From assembly GCA_963801665.1 (NCBI GenBank), contig CAWDFL010000003.1:280901-344900 (forward strand): a stretch of 64,000 nt of DNA, read 5' to 3'. This stretch comes from an uncultured delta proteobacterium (GTDB taxonomy: Bacteria > Desulfobacterota > Binatia > Binatales > Binataceae). Below the pieces are notes generated by a model that worked only from the letters and a program-made list of their open reading frames with translations, searched no databases and had not been told where the DNA came from. Made by a program: the position numbers and the translations under genes. Of the stretch, positions 49,146-59,160 are shown in pieces. How positions within the stretch are numbered: position 1 is the first letter of the stretch; each line of letters starts with the position of its first letter.

Positions 49146-50194
49146 AACGTTTGCTCTCCTTGAGCCTTCTGCATCTCGAGCACTTTTGCGCCGCGAGCCG
49201 ACAGCGCGTGCTCTGCGCCGTTCGCCCCTTCCACGATCAGCCGATGTAGCATCAAACTGACCAGCCCGAATAGCACCCACACCATTTCCTTGATTCTTCT
49301 TAGAAACCCGATCGCAAAGCCAACTCCCGCCGGATATCCGATCAGCGCCAGGATCAGCGCCTTGCCGCCCTCCTGGCTCACCAGCTTGGCGGGGATCAGA
49401 AACGTCGCGCGCTCGATCAGCAAGCCCACTCCCTCGACCAGCAGCGCCACCCGCACCGTCGCCACCTGATGCAGCAGCTTCAGCAGGATAAAGATCTCGA
49501 CCGGCCCCATGCTCCACGCGACGAAGTAGCACAGGCACGAGAGTATCAGGCGTATGCGATGGCGCGCGTAGAATTCGAGCAGGATCGAGTCGGCTTCGTC
49601 GGCCGACTCCTTGATATCGTAGCGGCTCAAGTCCGTGAAATCGAATTTCGCCGCCGCGCGCCACAGGTACGAAAACGGCCGCTTGGTCTGCACGTAAAAG
49701 AAACCGAGCGCCAGCGCGATCGCGATCGCGAGTCCGCCCGCGATCGGCCACAGCAGCCGATGCGCCGCCGGGATCATCTGGATCGAGATCAAGAGCGCGG
49801 CGACGACGAACATGATCTGCCCGATCGCCTCGGCGAGCGACGCGACCACCACCGTCGCGAGGCCCAGCGGCATCCGGAGTTTGCGCCGCACCATCAGCGC
49901 CATGACGAATTGGCCGCCAAGCTGCGCCGAGGGAGTGACGTAGTCGATCGCCTCGCCCGCGATTCGCGCGGCGAACAGCTCGCCAAGTCCGAGCGAGGGC
50001 GGATAGTCGGCAATCGTGACTCGCCATCCCAGCGTGTTCATGATCCGCGAGACCGCTTCCAGCGCGATCGTCAGCGCGAGGCCCCATCCCGCAAGCTTGA
50101 CGTAGCCGAGCACCTCGCGGGTGCCGAAATGCGACAGAAACCAGAAGTAAAACCCAACAGCGAGAACGATCAGGATGGATTCGACGCGGCGCAT
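49142..50194 (-). CDS. MprF/LPG-synthase transmembrane-domain (UPF0104, flippase-like) family membrane protein
   Basis: 350 aa, ~8 TM helices, sequence typical of TIGR00374-type membrane proteins. Confidence 0.65.
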   Translation of the reverse strand: MRRVESILIVLAVGFYFWFLSHFGTREVLGYVKLAGWGLALTIALEAVSRIMNTLGWRVTIADYPPSLGLGELFAARIAGEAIDYVTPSAQLGGQFVMALMVRRKLRMPLGLATVVVASLAEAIGQIMFVVAALLISIQMIPAAHRLLWPIAGGLAIAIALALGFFYVQTKRPFSYLWRAAAKFDFTDLSRYDIKESADEADSILLEFYARHRIRLILSCLCYFVAWSMGPVEIFILLKLLHQVATVRVALLVEGVGLLIERATFLIPAKLVSQEGGKALILALIGYPAGVGFAIGFLRRIKEMVWVLFGLVSLMLHRLIVEGANGAEHALSARGAKVLEMQKAQGEQTL

Positions 50195-50324
50195 CGCAAA
50201 ACGGTGACAAGCCGCACGGCGCGGCGCAGTCGCTGCATTGTTTCAGCCGAACCCCCAACGCGCAACCGGGGCAAAATCTTTGGTAGTGGGCCGGTTCGAA
50301 ACTTGCCCTGTCAGCGATGCCGAT

Positions 50325-50632
50325 TTGTCATTTCCGCGCGCGTGGCTGCCGCGCGCGAGGAATCCCGGGCGAAGGTCTGCTGCACGTGGACGTAGCTCAA
50401 AGCACGGCCGTCTCGGGATTCCTCGCCTACGGCTCGGAATGACGGTTGAGAGCTCGGTGGGGGCTACGATACTCATGCACCCGGCCCGCATCCGTCATTT
50501 CGACCGAAGGGAGAAATCCCGAGACGGCCGTGCTCTGAGCTACGTCCACGTGCACTTCCCTCTCGTACGGGATTCCTCGCGCGGCAGCCGGAGCCTGCCC
50601 TGAGCCTGCCGAAGGGCGCGGGAATGACACCG
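50325..50632. repeat. MITE-like element, same family as 47113..47478 (copy 2, same orientation)
   Basis: TIRs tgtcatttccgcgcgcgtggctgccgcgcgcgagg... / ...cgcgcggcagccggagcctgccctgagcctgccgaagggcgcgggaatgaca. The internal ~95-bp core (ctcgggattcctcgcct..ggctcggaatgacg...ctacgatactcat...catccgtcatttcgacc) is ~85% identical to copy 1. Confidence 0.6.
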
Positions 50633-50712
50633 GAAAACGAGCGCAACTGTGAAATCCGTAGCCGATCATTGTCACCTAACAAGCGTTAGATTTTTTGCCA
50701 GATTTGTTCATG

Positions 50713-50729
50713 GCTGAACTGTTCAGCCT
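50713..50729. promoter_or_regulatory. 17-bp perfect palindrome GGCTGAAC-T-GTTCAGCC within a ~440-bp AT-richer leader upstream of the amidohydrolase-amidase operon
   Basis: Seen directly; a TATAAT hexamer (~50868) and a TTGACA hexamer (~51034) lie in the same leader. Confidence 0.3.
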
Positions 50730-51080
50730 TATCTTCCCGCCCGCTTCGTGCAAAATAGATCAAATGGAACCAAATCCCCGACTTCCGATCGTCCGCCCGC
50801 TCCCGGCGCGAAACGGCTCCCAGCCCTTCACCGCTTCAGCGCGCGCTAGCTTAATGATTCGCATTCTGCTATAATGAGAAGCCGAGGTCGTAGAAAATGC
50901 GAAAAACGGTTTCAAACCCATCATCCGTGTGAAATTCTTGAGCTTTTCCAAAGAGTATTCGCAACGACCGGATCAAAAATCGCCTGAACGAACCCACCGC
51001 AGATACACAGTTTTAAAATACGGAGTTCTGATTGACAGCTTCGCCCCGAGGCGGCGACAATCCTGCCCGGTGCAATAGCA

Positions 51081-52214
51081 ATGTCTTTAGCCGGATTCAG
51101 AATTATCGATGCCGACGGGCACGTCACCGAGCCTGCCTCGCTCTACACCACGCACATCGACCCGAAGTTCCGCGCCGCCGCCGACGCGATGCTCACGCGC
51201 ACTGGCGCCGGCAACCTCGGTATCGTACCCGCTATCCATCCGAAGTGGCGCAGCGCCGAGCGTCCGCTGGGCGAGCGCGACGAGGTTCCGGGGCTCGGCA
51301 AATTTCCCTCGGGCAAGAATCATCCGCTCGCCTCTCCGACCGGCGGCCTCGATCCGAACGAGCGCATCGCCGACATGGACAAGGAAGGAATCGACGTCGC
51401 CGTCTGCTTCGCGACCGTCGCGACCTCCGTGTGCGGCGTCGCCGATCTCGCGATGGAAGCGGCGCTCGCGCGTGCGTACAACCGATGGATCGGCGAGTAC
51501 TGCTCGGCCGCGCCCGCGCGCATCAAGGCGGTCGGCATCGTTCCGCAACGCACGATGGAGACCTGTGTCGCCGAGGTCGAGTACCTCGCGCGCGAGCCGT
51601 GGGCGGTCGGAATCATGACCTTTGGAAATCTCGACGGGATGCTCGCCGACCATCCGTATTTCGATCCGTTCTATCGCGCCGCGGCCGCGAACGATCTGCC
51701 GCTATGCTTTCACGGCGGCACCGATCGTCCGCCGTTCGCGCCCGGCCGCGAGGATGTCGGCAACAACATGTTCCTGATGCATCTGACCGGCCACGTCTGG
51801 CATCAGATGCGCGCGATGGGCGCGGCGATCGGCGGTGGCCTGCTCGAGCGCCATCCGAAGCTGATGCTCGGATTCTTCGAGGGCGGACTCTCGTGGGTCC
51901 CCTGGTGGGCCGAGCGGATGGACGGGCACTACAAGCACTTCGCGCGCCACACTCCGCATCTTTCGCGCAAGCCGAGCGAGCACATGCGCGGCCCGCGATG
52001 CTTCTACACCTTCGACGCCGACGAGGATCTGCTTCCCGAAGCGATGCGGATGATCGGCGTCGAGCGCGTGATGTGGGCGTCTGACTATCCGCATTTCGAT
52101 GCGGAATTCCCCGACGCCGCCGAGCTGGTAGTCAACAACTCGCGCATCGACGCGGCCGAAAAGCGCGCGATCCTGTGCGACAACGCGCTCAAGTTTTTTT
52201 CGAGGATCAAATAG
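51081..52214 (+). CDS. amidohydrolase family protein (amidohydrolase_2)
   Basis: IIDADGHVTEP N-terminal metal-binding motif; ...ASDYPHFD C-terminal motif; 377 aa. Confidence 0.8.
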   Translation: MSLAGFRIIDADGHVTEPASLYTTHIDPKFRAAADAMLTRTGAGNLGIVPAIHPKWRSAERPLGERDEVPGLGKFPSGKNHPLASPTGGLDPNERIADMDKEGIDVAVCFATVATSVCGVADLAMEAALARAYNRWIGEYCSAAPARIKAVGIVPQRTMETCVAEVEYLAREPWAVGIMTFGNLDGMLADHPYFDPFYRAAAANDLPLCFHGGTDRPPFAPGREDVGNNMFLMHLTGHVWHQMRAMGAAIGGGLLERHPKLMLGFFEGGLSWVPWWAERMDGHYKHFARHTPHLSRKPSEHMRGPRCFYTFDADEDLLPEAMRMIGVERVMWASDYPHFDAEFPDAAELVVNNSRIDAAEKRAILCDNALKFFSRIK

Positions 52215-52219
52215 GCGCG

Positions 52220-53671
52220 ATGGCTGCCGGCAAAGAAATCTGCGCGATGAGTGCGGTGAAGCTCGCGGCGGAAATTCGCGCGCGCACACTCTCGCCTGTC
52301 GAGGTTATCGACGCGATCCTCGAGCGGATGAATCAGGTCGAGCCGCATCTGCACGCCTTCTGCACGCCGACTCCCGAGCTTGCGCGCACGGAAGCAAAAC
52401 GAATCGAGGCCGAGATTTCGGCGGGGCGCGATGCCGGGCCGCTCGCCGGCGTGCCAGTCAGTATCAAGGATCTGATTTTCACTCGCGGAATTCGTACCAC
52501 CTCTGGTTCGGTCGCGTATCGCAATTTCGTTCCCGACGAAGACGATATCGCGGTCGAGCGGCTCCGCGCCGCCGGCGCGATCATAATCGGCAAGACCAAT
52601 ACCGCCGAATTCGGCTACAGCGCGACCGGGCACAATCCGCTCTTCGAGACCACGCGCAATCCGTGGAACCTCGCGATGACGCCCGGCGGTTCGAGCGCGG
52701 GCGCGGGCGCGGCGGTCGCCGCAGGCGTCGGTCCTCTCGCGCTCGGCAGCGACGGCGGCGGCTCGGTGCGGATCCCCGCCTCCTTCTGCGGGCTCTATGG
52801 GATCAAGCCATCGTTCGGGCGCATCCCGCTTTATCCAGGCTCGCGCGATGAGCGCTATCCGGGAGCCTCAGGATGGGAGTCGATCGAATGTTACGGACCG
52901 CTCACGCGCACTGTCGCAGACGCGGCGCTGATGCTATCGGCGATTGTCGGACCCGACCCGCGCGATCGGCAAAGCCGTCCGAGCGAAGGTATCGACTGGC
53001 TCGGATGCGCCCGCGCGGGAGACTTGCGCGGCAAGCGCATTGCCTACAGCGCGGACTGGGGCTACGCCGCCGTAGATCCCGAGGTCGCGCAAATCGCGCA
53101 CGATGCGGCGCGCGTCTTCGAGCGCGAGCTCGGATGCGTTGTCGAAGAGGCCAATCCCGGATGGAGCAATCCGGCGGCGGTGTTCGCCGCCACGATGATC
53201 GCCGAAACCGATCTGCGCGGGATGCGCAAAATGATCGCCGAGCACGGCGCGCAGATGTCCTCGCACATGGTCGATCTGATCATGCGTCCGTGGAGCGCCG
53301 AGGAATTGACCGACGCGAATATCGGACGCAAGGCGCTCGCCAACCACATGGCGCGCTTCATGGCGAAATACGATCTGCTGCTGACGCCGACGACGTGCGT
53401 GCCGCCGTTTCCGATTCTGATGCAGGGGCCCGACAAGATCGCCGGGCGCTATGTGCGTCCCGAGAGCTTTCTCGCGTTCACGATCATCGCAAATCTCACA
53501 GGACAGCCCGCCGCGACCGTGCCCGCCGGATTCACCAAGGATGGATTGCCGGTCGGCTTGCAGATTATCGGACGGCATCTCGACGACACGATGGTGCTGC
53601 GGGCGTCGTCGGCGTTCGAGGCCGCGCGTCCGTGGGCACATCGATGGCCACCGCTCCTGGAGCGGCTGTGA
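52220..53671 (+). CDS. amidase (amidase-signature family, GatA-like)
   Basis: GGSSAGAGAAVAAGVGPLALGSDGGGSVRIPASFCG amidase signature with the Ser-cisSer-Lys triad context; 6 nt downstream of the amidohydrolase stop. Confidence 0.85.
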   Translation: MAAGKEICAMSAVKLAAEIRARTLSPVEVIDAILERMNQVEPHLHAFCTPTPELARTEAKRIEAEISAGRDAGPLAGVPVSIKDLIFTRGIRTTSGSVAYRNFVPDEDDIAVERLRAAGAIIIGKTNTAEFGYSATGHNPLFETTRNPWNLAMTPGGSSAGAGAAVAAGVGPLALGSDGGGSVRIPASFCGLYGIKPSFGRIPLYPGSRDERYPGASGWESIECYGPLTRTVADAALMLSAIVGPDPRDRQSRPSEGIDWLGCARAGDLRGKRIAYSADWGYAAVDPEVAQIAHDAARVFERELGCVVEEANPGWSNPAAVFAATMIAETDLRGMRKMIAEHGAQMSSHMVDLIMRPWSAEELTDANIGRKALANHMARFMAKYDLLLTPTTCVPPFPILMQGPDKIAGRYVRPESFLAFTIIANLTGQPAATVPAGFTKDGLPVGLQIIGRHLDDTMVLRASSAFEAARPWAHRWPPLLERL

Positions 53672-53673
53672 GC

Positions 53674-55065
53674 CTAATCGCGAATGGTGCGCCGCTCCTG
53701 CTCGACCTCCTCGAACCATCGCGCAAGCGACGCGCTCATCCGCGCTACGCGCTCCGGATCGGAAGCCGCGAGATCATTCCGCTCCGCCGGATCATTCTCT
53801 ATGTCAAACAATTGCGCGGGTGGCGCGGCGTCGCGCTTGGGCTCGGGAATCGGCGATCGATCGATCTCGGTAAAACTATCGGGATCATATTTCGAGCGGA
53901 CATCGGAACGAAAATCCTCGGAGGTGATCGACATCAGCTCGCGGATCGCCGGCCGCACCAGCTTCCACTTTCCGTCGCGCATCGCGGCGTTGCATTCGCC
54001 GTCGGGCTCGTAGCGATTCCACTGCCAGAAGCGCTCTTCCGGAACCTTGCCGCGCTCGCCCGCAAGCAGCGGCAGCACGTTTACGCCGTCGAGCTTCAAA
54101 TCGCGCGGCGGCTCCGCGCCCGCCGCCGCGAGCAACGTCGGCATCCAGTCGGTGAAGTGAAACATCGCGTCGAGCGTGCGGCCGCCCGCGATTTCCGCTG
54201 GCCATCGGATTACCATCGGCAGCCGGATCCCGCCCTCATAGACGTAGAGCTTCGAGCCGGCGAAACCGCAATTGAAACGATCGGTGCAGTTGTCGCCCTT
54301 GCCGCCGAACTGCGGGCCGTTGTCGCTGGTGAACATCACGAGCGTGTTGTTCGCGAGCCCGAGCGAGTCGAGCTCTTCGAGCACGCGCGCGACTCCGCGA
54401 TCCATCGCATGCAGCATCGCGTAGATCGCGCTCACGGCGGCGGTGAATTTTCCGCTGTCGATGAACGGGTGCAGCTCCGCCTCGGGCGCCTCGAACGGGA
54501 AGTGCGGCGCGTTGTACGCGAGATGGAGAAAAAACTTCTCGCGGCGATGCCGCCGCAGAAACTCGACCGCTTCCTCCGTAAACACGTCAGTCAGGTAGCG
54601 GCCGTCAGAACCGCTCGTGGAGCCATTACGGTCGATCCGCCATTGCCAGTACGGATGCCATCCGCCGGAGAATCCCGCGAACTCGGCGAAGCCGCGGCGG
54701 TTCGGATGATAGCGCGCGTCAAACGCGCCGTTGTGCCATTTGCCGACCAGCCCGGTGACGTAACCCGCGCGCGCAAGAAGATCCGCGACGGTGCGCTCGC
54801 GCAGCGCCAGCCGATCGAGCCCGCGAATCTCGAGCGTGTCGAGCACTCCGGTGCGATGCGGATAGCGCCCGGTCATCAGCGAGGCGCGCGCCGGCGCGCA
54901 CACGGGAGAGGCGGAATAATGCTGCGTCAGGCACAGTCCCTCGCGCACGAGCTGATCGAGCGTCGGAGTGCGCGAGACGCCGCCGTTGAAGCACGAGAAA
55001 TCGCCGTAGCCCATATCGTCGGCGACGATCAGAATAATATTCGGCCGCTCACTCATCGTCGTCAC
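53674..55065 (-). CDS. sulfatase/arylsulfatase (alkaline-phosphatase superfamily, Cys-type)
   Basis: IILIVADDMGYGD...SPVCAPARASLMTGRY (C-x-P-x-R formylglycine motif). Confidence 0.85.
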   Translation of the reverse strand: MTTMSERPNIILIVADDMGYGDFSCFNGGVSRTPTLDQLVREGLCLTQHYSASPVCAPARASLMTGRYPHRTGVLDTLEIRGLDRLALRERTVADLLARAGYVTGLVGKWHNGAFDARYHPNRRGFAEFAGFSGGWHPYWQWRIDRNGSTSGSDGRYLTDVFTEEAVEFLRRHRREKFFLHLAYNAPHFPFEAPEAELHPFIDSGKFTAAVSAIYAMLHAMDRGVARVLEELDSLGLANNTLVMFTSDNGPQFGGKGDNCTDRFNCGFAGSKLYVYEGGIRLPMVIRWPAEIAGGRTLDAMFHFTDWMPTLLAAAGAEPPRDLKLDGVNVLPLLAGERGKVPEERFWQWNRYEPDGECNAAMRDGKWKLVRPAIRELMSITSEDFRSDVRSKYDPDSFTEIDRSPIPEPKRDAAPPAQLFDIENDPAERNDLAASDPERVARMSASLARWFEEVEQERRTIRD

Positions 55066-55106
55066 AGGATCATTGGATCAAGCGCGCGGTGCAAATCGAA
55101 TCGCGA

Positions 55107-56423
55107 TCAGAGTCCAAGTTCCTCGAGCTTCTCGGGAAACTTGGTCGCGAGTTCGTGCGGGTAACCGGTCTTCAGCATATCGAGCGCATGTGCGAACGCA
55201 TCAGTGCTGGCGTTCGAGGCGGGGAGAATACTGGTGAGGCCGGGCAGTTGCGGATTGGGCGCCGGGCTGGGCGCATCGGGGTCGTCGGTGCGTGCGGCCG
55301 ACAGATCAAACGCGTCGGCTAGATTGTTGACGCCTCGAGCGTCCACCTCGCGCGAATAGCTGCCAGTGCCGAACTTTCTGCCGAGCAACTTCAGAATCGA
55401 AGTGTGATCGAGATTCTGATCGTAAACAGTTCCGGCCGAAACGAATGGCGACACGATAATTCCCGGCACGCGAACTCCGGAGCTCTGAAACGCGGGCCAT
55501 CGATCATCGAACACGCTGGTCTCAAGCTCGAGCGGCTGCTCGTGATCCCAGAAACCGCCGTGCTCGTCGTAGGTAATGATCAAAGCGGAATTGCGCCATC
55601 GTTTGCTGTTGAGCATCGTCGTGTAAACGTCGTGCACGAGTTGCTGGCCGCCATACACCGACGAGATCGAATGATCGTCCGTGCCGTGGCCCTGGTTGTC
55701 GGGCGAGTCGTTGTAGGTCGGCTCGATGAAGATCACCTGCGGAGCGGTCGCGTCCGCCTCGAGTTTCCAGTCGACCGCAAATCGATCGAAGCGCCGAAAG
55801 CTGTCACCGGCCGCGATCTCAGGAATCCATCGCGGCATCATCGTGAAGAACGGAAACAACCCCTGATGATATACACGCCAGCGCACGCCGTGCACGGTCA
55901 GCCATTCGTATACCAGGTGCTGGTCGGGCAGCACGGTCTGATTCTTTTCGATCAGCGTGTACCCGCTCATCGCCATCAGGCGATTCGGCTGCGTCCCCGC
56001 CGGCAGCGGCGAGAACCATCGGTCGCAGACGCGATAGTTGCGTGCAAGAAAGTTGTAGATCGGAACCTGGCCGGGCGTCTGGTAGTACATCACGTCGGGC
56101 TCGGCGGCGCTGACAGCGAATCCGTTGAGCGGATAGACTCCAGCGCTCGGTCCGCCGAGCTGCAACGTGATATTGATCCGCTCGTGAGGAGGATCGGCGA
56201 TCTGCGCGTGCGTCATCTCCTGCGGCTTAATCGTCAAGCCGTTGAGCGGATTCGCAACCCTCGCGAGCCACGCCGGATCGTTCTTGAGTCCATCGATCGT
56301 GCGCTGCGATTTGTAGCCGTCGCCGTATCCGGGCAGGCTCAGATAGCCGAGCATGTGATCGAACGATCGGTTTTCCATCATCAGGATGACGATCGTGTCG
56401 ATGAGTCCAAGGTCCGTGGGCAT
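55107..56423 (-). CDS. phosphoesterase family protein (phospholipase C / AcpA acid phosphatase family)
   Basis: TIVILMMENRSFDHMLGYL motif diagnostic of the PF04185 phosphoesterase family. Confidence 0.85.
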   Translation of the reverse strand: MPTDLGLIDTIVILMMENRSFDHMLGYLSLPGYGDGYKSQRTIDGLKNDPAWLARVANPLNGLTIKPQEMTHAQIADPPHERINITLQLGGPSAGVYPLNGFAVSAAEPDVMYYQTPGQVPIYNFLARNYRVCDRWFSPLPAGTQPNRLMAMSGYTLIEKNQTVLPDQHLVYEWLTVHGVRWRVYHQGLFPFFTMMPRWIPEIAAGDSFRRFDRFAVDWKLEADATAPQVIFIEPTYNDSPDNQGHGTDDHSISSVYGGQQLVHDVYTTMLNSKRWRNSALIITYDEHGGFWDHEQPLELETSVFDDRWPAFQSSGVRVPGIIVSPFVSAGTVYDQNLDHTSILKLLGRKFGTGSYSREVDARGVNNLADAFDLSAARTDDPDAPSPAPNPQLPGLTSILPASNASTDAFAHALDMLKTGYPHELATKFPEKLEELGL

Positions 56424-56489
56424 CGCAACTACCTCCGCGGCGCAAGATGCGACCGATGGTAGATGCGCGGCCGACTCGTAGCAATTCGG

Positions 56490-58016
56490 CTATCGCTCTG
56501 CGCCGTCGCTGGAAGCGACTTCGATCCGGCCGTTTTCGATCGTCCACTGCTCGCGAGTTGTGCGCGCCGCCAGCGGATCGTCATGCGTGACGATCACGAG
56601 CGCGCCCGGATACGCCGCGAGCGCTTCTTCGAGCCGCTCGATCGCGGGCATGTCGAGATGATTGGTCGGCTCGTCGAGGACGCACGCCCATACCTGCCGG
56701 CCGAGGCCGTACGCCAGCGCGAGTTTGCGCGCCTCTCCGGGCGAAGGCGATTGCGAGCCGAGAATCCGCTCGGGATCAACTCCGAGCGCCGCCGCGAGCG
56801 TCAGCACCCGCGCGCGTGCGTCAGCGCCGAGCGTGCGCACAGCCGCGAGCATCGCGGCGCCGTCGGCGTCGGTCAATTCCTGCGGCAGGAACATCACGCG
56901 CTCTCGCGGCAGGCGCGCCGCGCGCAGCATCGCGCCGAGCAGCGTGGTTTTGCCGGCGCCGTTGGCCCCAGCGACGCGGATTCTGCTCTCGCGCCCGACC
57001 ACCAGGTGAACCTCTTCGAGCACGCGTTTCGAGCCGGCCAGGATTTCGTTTTCGTCGAGCGCGAAGATGCGGCTCATCGGCGCGGGAACGTAGTCGACAA
57101 ACAACGCGCGGCCCTTGTCTTTGCGGAACTCGAACTCGCCCAGGCGCTCCTCGACCCGATCGACACCGCGACGCAAGTTTCCGACGTCGCGCGACAGCCG
57201 CGCCGACGCCATCTCGGATTTCCCCTTCGCCATCATGCTGGTCGCGTCATGGTCGCGCGGGCCGCGCATTCTTTGGCCCGCGCCGGCGCTCCAGTCGTCC
57301 GCGGCGGACTGCGCGATTCTCCGCTTGTCGGCGAGGCGGCGCTTAAGCTTGTCGCGTTCGTGCTTGAGCCGCTCGAACGACGCATGATACTCGCGCTGCT
57401 CGGCCTCCCACGCGCGTTTGGCGTAACCGTACGTTCCGCGCCAGATTCGCGCCGTGCCTTCGTGCACGCGTACGGTGTAATTCGTCAGACGCTCGAGCAT
57501 CACGCGGTCGTGCGATATGACGATTCCGATTCCGCGGAAACGGCGGAGCGCGTCGAGCAGCAGGCCGCGTGCGTCGGCGTCAAGATGGTCGGTCGGCTCA
57601 TCGAGAATCAGCACCGCCGGTTCCGATGCGAGCGCTGCGCCTACCTGCCAGCGCTTGCGCTCGCCCGGCGACAGCGTAGGCCACCTTTCGAGTGTGGCGG
57701 GCTCGAGCGCGAGCTCGCCATGGAGGCGGCGCGCGACGCCGTCCTCGGCGCGGGCGAACGCCGCGATTCCGGGCGAGATCTTAAGCACGGTCTGGGCGCA
57801 CAGGCGTATCGATTTCGACGCCGACGGCGGATCAATCCGCACATGGCCGCGAGCGGGCTCGAGCTCGCCGGAGATCAAGCGGATTAGCGTAGTCTTGCCG
57901 GCGCCGTTGGCGCCGACCACGCCGGCCCATCCGGGCGCGAGCTGAATAGTCACATCGCGGAGGATCGGAATCGAATCGGAATACGAAAAGGAAACTTCAG
58001 CCAAACGCACGAACAT
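56490..58016 (-). CDS. ABC-F family ATPase (two tandem ABC domains, no TMD)
   Basis: Two Walker A sites (GANGAGKTTL twice) with an inter-domain linker; 508 aa. Not PstB. Confidence 0.85.
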   Translation of the reverse strand: MFVRLAEVSFSYSDSIPILRDVTIQLAPGWAGVVGANGAGKTTLIRLISGELEPARGHVRIDPPSASKSIRLCAQTVLKISPGIAAFARAEDGVARRLHGELALEPATLERWPTLSPGERKRWQVGAALASEPAVLILDEPTDHLDADARGLLLDALRRFRGIGIVISHDRVMLERLTNYTVRVHEGTARIWRGTYGYAKRAWEAEQREYHASFERLKHERDKLKRRLADKRRIAQSAADDWSAGAGQRMRGPRDHDATSMMAKGKSEMASARLSRDVGNLRRGVDRVEERLGEFEFRKDKGRALFVDYVPAPMSRIFALDENEILAGSKRVLEEVHLVVGRESRIRVAGANGAGKTTLLGAMLRAARLPRERVMFLPQELTDADGAAMLAAVRTLGADARARVLTLAAALGVDPERILGSQSPSPGEARKLALAYGLGRQVWACVLDEPTNHLDMPAIERLEEALAAYPGALVIVTHDDPLAARTTREQWTIENGRIEVASSDGAER

Positions 58017-58250
58017 CGTAACTGCTCCATTGTTCCACGCGCATCGGCGCGAAGTCCGTGCCGCTCGCGTAAGGGTTGTCGTTCGGACGACAAATGGAAT
58101 TCAGTTACTTCCGCACACCGTTGGCCTCTTGTGGTGAGATGACCTGGAATCTAACGCCGCGTCCCGAGCGATGCAATCCGTTTTTCACTCTCCCGCCGGT
58201 TGAGGGTGCTGCTCTGCATCCGCATGATCAGCTCTTGCACGATCCGAATC

Positions 58251-58292
58251 CGGGATTCCTCTCGCGGCGGCCACGCGCGGGAATGACAAATG
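58251..58292. repeat. solo terminal-repeat fragment of the 47113/50325 MITE family
   Basis: ggattcctctcgcggcggccacgcgcgggaatgaca matches the right TIR of copies 1 and 2. Confidence 0.45.
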
Positions 58293-58320
58293 CGCAGTGG
58301 GCGATAGGAACGGAAAGAGA

Positions 58321-59160
58321 TCAGCGGAACCGTGGTTTCAATGCGACGCGAGCGCCGAGGTTCATGACGAACACGATCGCGATGAGCAGTAAAGCTCCGC
58401 CCCACGCCTGCTCGTGCCACGATCTGTATGGAGAGATCGCATAGGTGAAGACCTGCAGCGACAATTCTGCCATCGGATTGTTTGGATTGAGTTCCCAGAA
58501 TTGGCTGCCGAAGGCGGTGAAGAGCAGAGGCGCGGTCTCGCCCGTGACCCGCGCGATCGCCAGCACGATTCCGGTGATTATTCCGGAACGAGCGGACGGA
58601 AGGATCACGTGGATGATCGCATGATGCCGCGACACGCCGAGCGCGAGCGCCGCTTCGTATAGTTCGTGCGAGACTCCTTTGATCGCGGACTCAGTAGTGG
58701 TGATGATCACGGGCAGCATCAGGATCGCGAAAGCAAAGGAAGCCGAGAACGCAGAGAAATGCTTTAGCGGCGCCACCAGTATCGTGTAGGCGAACAGTCC
58801 AATCGCAATACTAGGAATTCCGGAGAGCACGTCCGACAGGAACCGCACCGTCGCCGCGAACGTCCCGCGTCCAAAATATGTCAGATAGAGACCGGTGAGA
58901 GTACCGATTGGAATAGCCATTACGGCTGCTAGTCCCACGATAATCGCACTGCCAACGACTCCGTTACCCACTCCGCCTCCCGGTACGCCAACCGGATGCG
59001 GCAGCTCGGTCAGGAAGCTGAGTGAGATTGCGCCTATACCCTCGCGGATGACGTAGCCCAGGATCAGCAGCAGGATAACCGCGACGCCGCCAGCACAGAA
59101 AGCGGCAGCGAAAATTCCCAGTGCGCTGCGGGGATGACGTAATGAGATCGGAGTTTGCAC
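58321..59160 (-). CDS. pstA: phosphate ABC transporter permease PstA
   Basis: 279 aa, 6 TM, EAA-loop region (EAALALGVSRHHAII); abuts pstC. Confidence 0.85.
   Translation of the reverse strand: MQTPISLRHPRSALGIFAAAFCAGGVAVILLLILGYVIREGIGAISLSFLTELPHPVGVPGGGVGNGVVGSAIIVGLAAVMAIPIGTLTGLYLTYFGRGTFAATVRFLSDVLSGIPSIAIGLFAYTILVAPLKHFSAFSASFAFAILMLPVIITTTESAIKGVSHELYEAALALGVSRHHAIIHVILPSARSGIITGIVLAIARVTGETAPLLFTAFGSQFWELNPNNPMAELSLQVFTYAISPYRSWHEQAWGGALLLIAIVFVMNLGARVALKPRFR

Noticed and set aside
48339-50258. Single 639-aa ORF in the track
   Set aside because: Only the last 268 codons (from MNKAIAIV, with signal peptide) look like a gene. The upstream part is an RG-rich read-through overlapping the MprF-like gene in another frame.
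52873-55164. 763-aa plus-strand ORF (and 56463..57887)
   Set aside because: Antisense to the sulfatase/phosphoesterase and ABC-F genes, which have unambiguous catalytic motifs. Arg-rich low-complexity translation.
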